The notes under the pieces are model-generated. The model ran no database searches, was not told where the DNA came from, and saw only the letters and a program-made list of their open reading frames with translations. 20,000 bases of DNA from Proteromonas lacertae (lineage: Eukaryota), in NCBI GenBank assembly GCA_002245135.1, contig NGBS01000325.1, positions 46,659 through 66,658 on the forward strand, written 5' to 3'. Positions 12,943 to 20,000 of this stretch are shown here, one piece after another. The position numbers and the translations under genes are program-made. The stretch's first letter is position 1, and each line of letters opens with the position of its first letter.

Positions 12943-13916
12943 ATGTCAGGCAAAATATCTCCTCCTGCTAAAATATCACCAAAGAATACACCAACGCAGG
13001 AGTCATCATCCAGTTATAAAACACCAACTCGTACATCTGTGGAAGCAGTTGATGGTTTACCGATAGGTTCAGGCGAGAGAAGAAAATCAATAACTGGGGA
13101 AGTTGACCATGGCTTTGATATAACTTTGGATGAAGTAAAAGCATATATAAAGGATTTCTCATTAAAAGTATATTGCATTTATATAGATATAGTGTTCATT
13201 CCAACGTTTTCTTGGTAAAGCTCCATTTATGAAGACATTGAAAACAAAAGAAGAAACAGATGTATTTAATTAATTTTATATCTCTATAATTATAGTTATT
13301 CAATACAATCATTGAATTATGTGGTAAGAGTGATTCAAAGACAATTTCATTATACGAATATGTGTGTTATTCACATATGAGACATTGTTTCTATGATAAA
13401 AGTTTAGAAATTCCAGACAAAATGCCACCTCAATTAACAAAATTAAAAACCCAAGTTCCTAATATAAAAAAATATGTTGATCACTTACAGCAAGTAGAAT
13501 CTCAAATTAAAGGATATCAAAACCAAATAAGTGCTTTAGAAGAACAGAGAGTTGGTGATATAATAGCTTTAGATGAGATTAACAAACACTATATTGATCC
13601 AAATGCTGGTTCTACTCCAATTCAGCCTGTACAAAATAGTCGTCGTCTTTCATATATTGATACAAGTGATCTTAGTTATGATGAAAACAATGGATCTGTG
13701 AGTATTAATGATTTACCAGAAGCAAGAAGAGAAGCTATTATGAGTCTTAATGACCCAAAGAGAGTGTCACCCTTAGTGAAATTAAAGGAAATGTACGATG
13801 ATTTACCACCAGCACCTAAGAGTTCAAGTAATTCTTCAGGAAGAAAGAAAGAGAAGTTCTTTTCAAATTATAAACCAGAACCGATTGGAAGTTACCGTAG
13901 AAGGTCTATAATATAA
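12943..13916 (+). CDS. Divergent EH-like domain + coiled-coil protein, paralog C, about 304 aa; introns 13168-13192, 13262-13295
   Basis: FDITLDEVKAYIKDF...NTIIELCGKSDSKTISLYEYVCYSHMRH...EIPDKMPPQL followed by a coiled coil. Exons join in phase. Confidence 0.7.
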
Positions 13917-14016
13917 TTTAGAGTTTCTTAAAACTGTTATATTTTTGTAAATTTGAATTTTGTTCTTGTTTTCTTAAGAAAATTCTAAAGTGTCGCTTCA
14001 TTAATATTTCTTGATT

Positions 14017-15073
14017 ATGGCATCTTCTGTAAGCTCAACTGAAAAATTATCAAGTGGTTATCAATTTCCATACATTGGATTTGGGTATATTGATATAGAT
14101 TTATATTTATCTTTAGTACTGTGTTTTTATTAGATCAAGAGGTTGTTAACAATGCAATTCGTAGTGCAATCTTAGCGGGTTATAGAGCCATTGACTGTGC
14201 CCCAGCATATGTATATTTAAAATTACAAGTTATAACTATTTATAGAATAATGAGAAGTTATTAGGAGTTGCCATTAAGAAATGTATTGATGAAGGTCTTG
14301 TCAAAAGAGAAGAGTTGTTTATCACATCAAAATTATGGATGACTGATTGTCATCCTGAATCCGTTGAGACAGCTTTAAAAAGAAGTTTAATGTTGCTTCA
14401 ATTAGACTATTTAGATCTATATTTAATTCACTGGCCTGTTATCTACACATTAAAAGAACCAAGAGATAAAACAGACTTAGAAGGATGGTTTGTTAAGAGT
14501 GTACCAGATGAACAAAAGATGGGTTATGATGCCGATCAATTTGCTAAAGTATGGCAAGAAATGGAGAAATTAGTGTATGCTGGAAGAATCAAATCTATTG
14601 GTGTTGCCAACTTTTCTAAGGTCAAATTAATGAATTTATTAAAAATAGCCAAAATAAAGCCTGCAAACATTCAAATGGAAATTCACCCATATAATGGTCA
14701 ATATGAATACGTTGATTATTTAAAACAATTAGGAATGACAATTACAGCATATCAATCCTTAGGAGGTGGTGAAGAGAAGATAGGTGACCATGAACCATTA
14801 TTGAAGAATAAAGTGATTAATGATATTGCTAAAAAGCATAATAAGAGTGTTGCACATGTGTTATTAAGATGGGCCATTCAAAGAGGAATTCATATCATTC
14901 CCAGAAGTTCAAATCCTGAACATGTCAAATCAAACCTTGATATATTTGATTTTGAATTAGATAAGGAGGATTTGGAACATATTGAATCATTAGATACTCG
15001 TGCTAGAATCTGTTTTGGAGGATTCTGTGTTCCAAAAGGAACTGATGTTAACAAAGCTATTTGGGACGAATAA
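14017..15073 (+). CDS. Aldo-keto reductase (AKR1/AKR4-like NADPH-dependent), 329 aa; introns 14085-14116, 14211-14245
   Basis: PYIGFGT, GYRAIDCAPAY (catalytic D and Y), FITSKLW (K), LDLYLIHWP (H), IGVANF, QMEIHPY and IIPRSSNP. Confidence 0.97.
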
Positions 15074-15215
15074 ATTGTAATATCTTCTCTCTTTATTATT
15101 ATTATTTATTGTTTTTGTTTGGTTAAATTTAAAGAACACAAAAATTCATTAAAATGTATTATAGAGAATATAATATTCATTGTGAATCACTTTTTTTCTT
15201 CAAATTATTCATTTT

Positions 15216-18200
15216 TTAATTAGCTTGAGCTGGATTATCACTAGCTTTCTTGTAAGAAGGGAACATTTTCTTCATAATCATCATAACAATAGGTTCAGTG
15301 ATATCAAACACACCATTCTTCAAATCACTTTTCATATCTTCTAATGGAGGAACTTTATCTTCCTGATCCTTTGTTTTCAATAATCCAAAGAATTTGGTCT
15401 TTTTCTTTCTTTCTTCTCTTCTCTTTTTAGCTTCTTCTATTACTGGCTCAAATATTGCATATAAATCTTCACCATTTGTTTGACTGACCAAATCAATGAG
15501 TAAATGGAGATAATCTGATCTTTCGTAGAGATACTTTGATTTAATACCAAATTCAGAGTAAAAACTTACAAATACATCATAAAATGTCTGAATTATCTTA
15601 ATTTGATCTGGATGAAGATGATCATAACTACCAGTCAAGCTTTTATTTGGCTTGGCATATTCTTTAGGATTACTTTCATAGTCCACTTTTGGATTGATAC
15701 TTGTATAAGTTAATAGAATATAACCTAAAGATACCATTGTTACATCAAAATAGTGTAATAACAATTTCTTAAAAACTCCATTATATAAATACTTTTCAAA
15801 TAAATATAATTGTTGTTCTAAAACTTGACAAATCAACTTAGCTTTTGATTTTACAAACGCACTATCATAATTATCCATCTTTTTAACATTAAAGATAGTG
15901 TCTTTGATCATATTTTCAATAGTAACATCAAATGAAATATTGACAATTGATTCAATAAGATTTGTCTCTATTTCACTCAATGTCAAATCATGACTTCTAC
16001 CCAACGTACTTTTTTCAATTAATATTTCTAAATGAACTATGCCTCCAGTCTTGGATGAATCTTTTCCCTCTCTTTTCATTGTTATATTCACTGGTTTTGC
16101 TTTTTCATAAACATAATAATCAAGTTCTAATTCACCAGTACAAAGTAAATCATCAGCATTATTTTCATCCCAATCAAAACACTAATATATGATAATATAT
16201 ATATATATATATATATACTTCAACATATAAATATGATTTTTGAGATAACATTGATCCCCAACTGGTTGGACTCATCATATTATATTCTGGATTTAATGTA
16301 TTTTTAACAATTGGAGTTTTAAATGTTTGAATTTCACTTTGAGCTTCTGGATTTTTGTTTTGCAATACTGATTTGTATTGACTTAAATAGACAATAAGAT
16401 ATGGATCAGAAGATATAACATCACCAACTGGAAGATGACTTGCTGATTTGACTAAACAATTGATTTTATAAGTAACTAAATCATCTTTTAGATTGGTAAG
16501 ATCAGCAATTCCATTCAAATTATCTAAAGTTACTTGTGAAGTTCTTCTATCTTTATCTAACGGTTGTAAAGACTCTTCTGTTGTTGTTGTTGTTGTTCCT
16601 TTCTTTGAATGTTTTATTGTTTTGAGACTGATTGTTAATGTACCACCTGGTTTACCTTTCTTGGTGAGTAAATCGATTGTTACATCTTTGGCTGTTGTAT
16701 ATTCTTCCATATTGAACTTGAAGAACTATTTAAATATATAATATATATATATATACTGCTTCACTGATTGATTCAGATGATAATAATTGCTTATCTCTAA
16801 CTTCAAAATCAATTAAACAACTTCTACCAGTAATTGTACCCCATGTTTCAGGTGAATGGAATCTGAATTGCTGGATTAACTGTACTTTTCTCCACTTGAG
16901 TTTTGAATTGTTGATATTTCTTTTCTCCTAATTCCTATTTTAATTAGAATGAATAAAAATATACCGTTTCATTTTTGGCTAACCTTACTTTCATATATGG
17001 ATCAATACTACCAATACCTTTCGGCTAAGTTTTCTGCTTTCATAATAATCATTGTTACACTATAAGTCTCAGATTTGGCTTGTTGAAATTCTATTGAAAC
17101 AGTATCTAAAGATATTCCATTCACATTTTCTTCTTCTTCATCAACTTCAATTTCTTGTTCAACATCTTCATCAACCTGTAATTTTGAGACATAATCCATT
17201 TTATCATACAATTCAATTCTTAAGAAATTAATATCATTCAAATGAACACATAAACTCATAACAACAGGTAAGTAATTATCAACAGCAACTTGATCACCTT
17301 CGAAGAAATCAAAGAATTTGAACCTCCAACATCTCTTCAATCTGTTCATCATCTTTTTTACCAAATAAATTACTAAAACCTGTTAATAAACTTGAACGAC
17401 GATATTTCACCAAATCTTTTTCATTGGGCAGCATTTTCTGAGAATGTTCCATAACCATTTCACAATATCGAACTATTGGTTCTAAGATGATATTAAATGC
17501 AAATAATTTTCTAATTCCTGGAACTGATTCATAAGGAATATCTTTTAAGAAGTCAATATGTTGTTGAACCAACCAAGATAATTCACTACCAGCAACTCTA
17601 CTGTGCTTTAATGATTCTGATATAGGCATCCAATTATTCTAATAATAATAATAATATTTAAATAAATAAAAATATATTAAAATATACATTCTCAATAACT
17701 TGTGGTATTGAATTTTTAATAATTCTATATCTACTCATAATAATCCATTGATATAAAATATCTCTAATTGAAGTTCTCATTAAATTCTTCAATGTTGAAC
17801 CTGAAGCTGGAACTCTTTTCATTAATGATTTTATTGATTTTATTAACTCCAAAACGTTAGGATCAAGTCCTTTGGACGTTTTTACTCGACTTTGGAATAA
17901 GAATTTCAAATCATTGAAAAGTGGTGTAAAGAATGATAATGATATAATACTATACAATGACTATTTTAATAAATAAATAAAGAGATAAATATAATAATAC
18001 TTTCTTATCTTCCATATAATTCTTAAACAATCCACCTTCATCCAATCTAAATATAGCTTCAAACAATGAACAAGCCACTGATACAATATTCATCAACGTA
18101 ATTGCATTTAATGGATAATTCGCTATTCCATCTGGATCTCTCGTGATAACTCTAACAATAATATTATCAGATGAATTCTCCACTAAATCGTAAAACTCCT

Positions 18201-20000
18201 GGAAATTTGACTGTGTAATTGCCCTATCAGCAACTGATTCACCAAATGAAAATATCAAATCCATTTTCTTTAAACATCCACTGAAATTGAAAGCATCAAC
18301 TTGTCCTTGTGGTGGTAATGATATTATTCTTGCACCTTGAGATTCAGCTTTTAAAGTACTTAATATTTTATGTTTTTTACTAGGATGTAGAAATACTTCA
18401 AATGTTTCATTGTCACTTTGAATTTCAAATTTTTGATTGTTTCTTCCAAAAGTTGTGAAATTCTCTTTTCATGTTTTTGTAGATACTGTCTACTTCTAAC
18501 CAATCATCAAGAGGATTTACTTCTTTTACATTTGGGAAGAAAGTTTTACCAAATTCCATTAAGGTTTCATATAACTCTACTATCTTATCATATACTGGAA
18601 TAACGAAATTATCATCTAAAAAGAAGATATAATTCATTACATTGGATATTTGTCTATATATATATATATATATATATATTTCTATACTTTTTCATTCCTG
18701 GTATATATTTTATCTAATTGTACCATATGTTCTTTCGCTACAAATGCTTTATGCTTTATAATATCTTCATATTCTTCTTAAACACTCTCATATAAGGATA
18801 ATAAGATTTATAAATGAATTTAGCAGTGTTTAATAGGAATGCATTTCCTGTAATAACTTCTTCTACAGTGGACGATACTCTATCATTGAAGACAGAACAC
18901 ATCACGAGAGCTTTACTAATAGCAACTTGTAATGGATCAAAGAATAATAAATTCTCTAAATTGTAGATGATTCTATCAGCAACTGGATTGTATAAACCTC
19001 CTTCACTTCTAATAATGTCTGAGGTTCTAATAATAAAATAAAAAATAAATAAAATAAATAATAATATACTTTCATTACCTGACCAACTATCTATTGGAAA
19101 ATCAACATCATATAATCTTCTGATTATATTGTATATTATTTCTGATCTTTCTTCATACTTATTAGTTAGTTTCTGATAACGTTGTGCTTCACTAGCATGC
19201 TTGGTTACTATAATAATAGATTTTTATATATACAATCTAATTGTTGTTTTTCTTTTGAACTTGTGAAGGTAAAACAACAACATGGATTCTTTACAACTGT
19301 TGTTACTGTACTTACTGTTTTTAAAACGTTTTACCAGCATCAGCTAAACCATGAAGTGATAATTCTATTAATTTATTTAATTCATTCTAATTAATATATA
19401 TAAATCATATCAATATATACATCTACTGATTTTAATAAAGTAATTCCATTCATTCACTTTGTTCGTATAGTAATCTTTTATTCCTTGAATACTGTCTTGA
19501 TTTGTACAATATGATTCTGGATATGTATTCTCAGTGTCTTTGTAATATTTGTGAATCATGTCTAAACATACACGAATTATTACTGTTAAATCATGCTCAC
19601 TTACTGGTTTGGAAAAGTCAGTTGTTTTAAATCCAGGTGATATAAACTGAACGGATGAAAAATATTTGTTAATTTGACTAATGTTCAGATTGAAGGCCTA
19701 TATTGATAGTTAATATAAATTATTCAATATACAGTACATAATAGGTTATATATTGTTTGATACTGCATCAGAATATTTACCTGGTAACTCATGTGGTTTA
19801 GATTTCTATCATTTTTGTTATAAATATTAAAATATATACAGTTTCTTCGATGGTTTGCAATGGAATAGACTCAAACTAAACAACAAATCTCTAACTGGCT
19901 CTGATATTGTATATTTACCAACTACAAATGGCTATTTCATAAAAATAAATCAAATTTCATACGTTCTCTTCCTTCTTAAATTGATCTCTCAGTTTGGTGA
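15216..20000 (-). CDS. Munc13/UNC-13/PATROL1-like MUN-domain protein with two C2 domains (5' end beyond the window); several single-base frame disruptions as given
   Basis: MHD1-like NDLKFLF, NNWMPISE and SLCVHLNDINFLRIEL. C2 motifs KAENL..GSIDPY..FKTQVEKSTVNP and SASHLPVGDVISSDPY..FKTPIVKNTLNP..CFDWDENNADD. MHD2-like LICQVLEQQLYLFEKYL...LHPDQIKIIQTFYDVFVSFY. At least 12 GTA-TAG introns (e.g. 19962-19932, 19839-19806, 19732-19698, 18000-17961, 17687-17639, 16964-16935, 16756-16726, 16218-16182). Stop TAA at 15218-15216. Confidence 0.75.
18655..18679. repeat. (TA)n microsatellite inside MUN-gene intron 18687-18654
   Basis: About 12 TA units running up to the AG acceptor. Confidence 0.9.

Noticed and set aside
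16848..17030. General Euplotes-style stop-triggered frameshifting as the explanation for all frame breaks
   Set aside because: At the two C2 sites, motif conservation (GSIDPY; NPAFRFHSPETWG matching the second C2) places the shift several codons upstream of the first stop, so the stop is not the trigger there. TGA also arises often by chance in the shifted frame.
17950..18000. Apparent phase mismatch in the MUN gene
   Set aside because: Resolved by using the first acceptor (40-nt intron 18000-17961).

Overview
Very AT-rich, gene-dense eukaryotic nuclear DNA read in the standard genetic code. It has about 45 tiny spliceosomal introns (mostly 25-49 nt, nearly all GTA...TAG) and GU-rich TGTTTGTT-like elements after genes. 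This suggests a low-GC Blastocystis-like stramenopile (inference). Manual splicing gives 11 genes: the 3' end of a VPS9 Rab5-GEF; an intronless double zinc-ribbon protein; Nup160 (15 introns) head-to-head with an a-b-b' PDI-family protein carrying a CGAC site; a small Ras-like pseudo-GTPase; S-adenosylhomocysteine hydrolase; three divergent tandem EH-domain/coiled-coil paralogs; an aldo-keto reductase; and the 3' part of a Munc13/PATROL-like gene with two C2 domains inside the MUN domain. The most notable anomaly is a cluster of single-base frame disruptions at 16.8-19.5 kb in the MUN gene, plus one in the pseudo-GTPase, while all other genes splice cleanly. Assembly indels are the simplest explanation, but recoding is not excluded.
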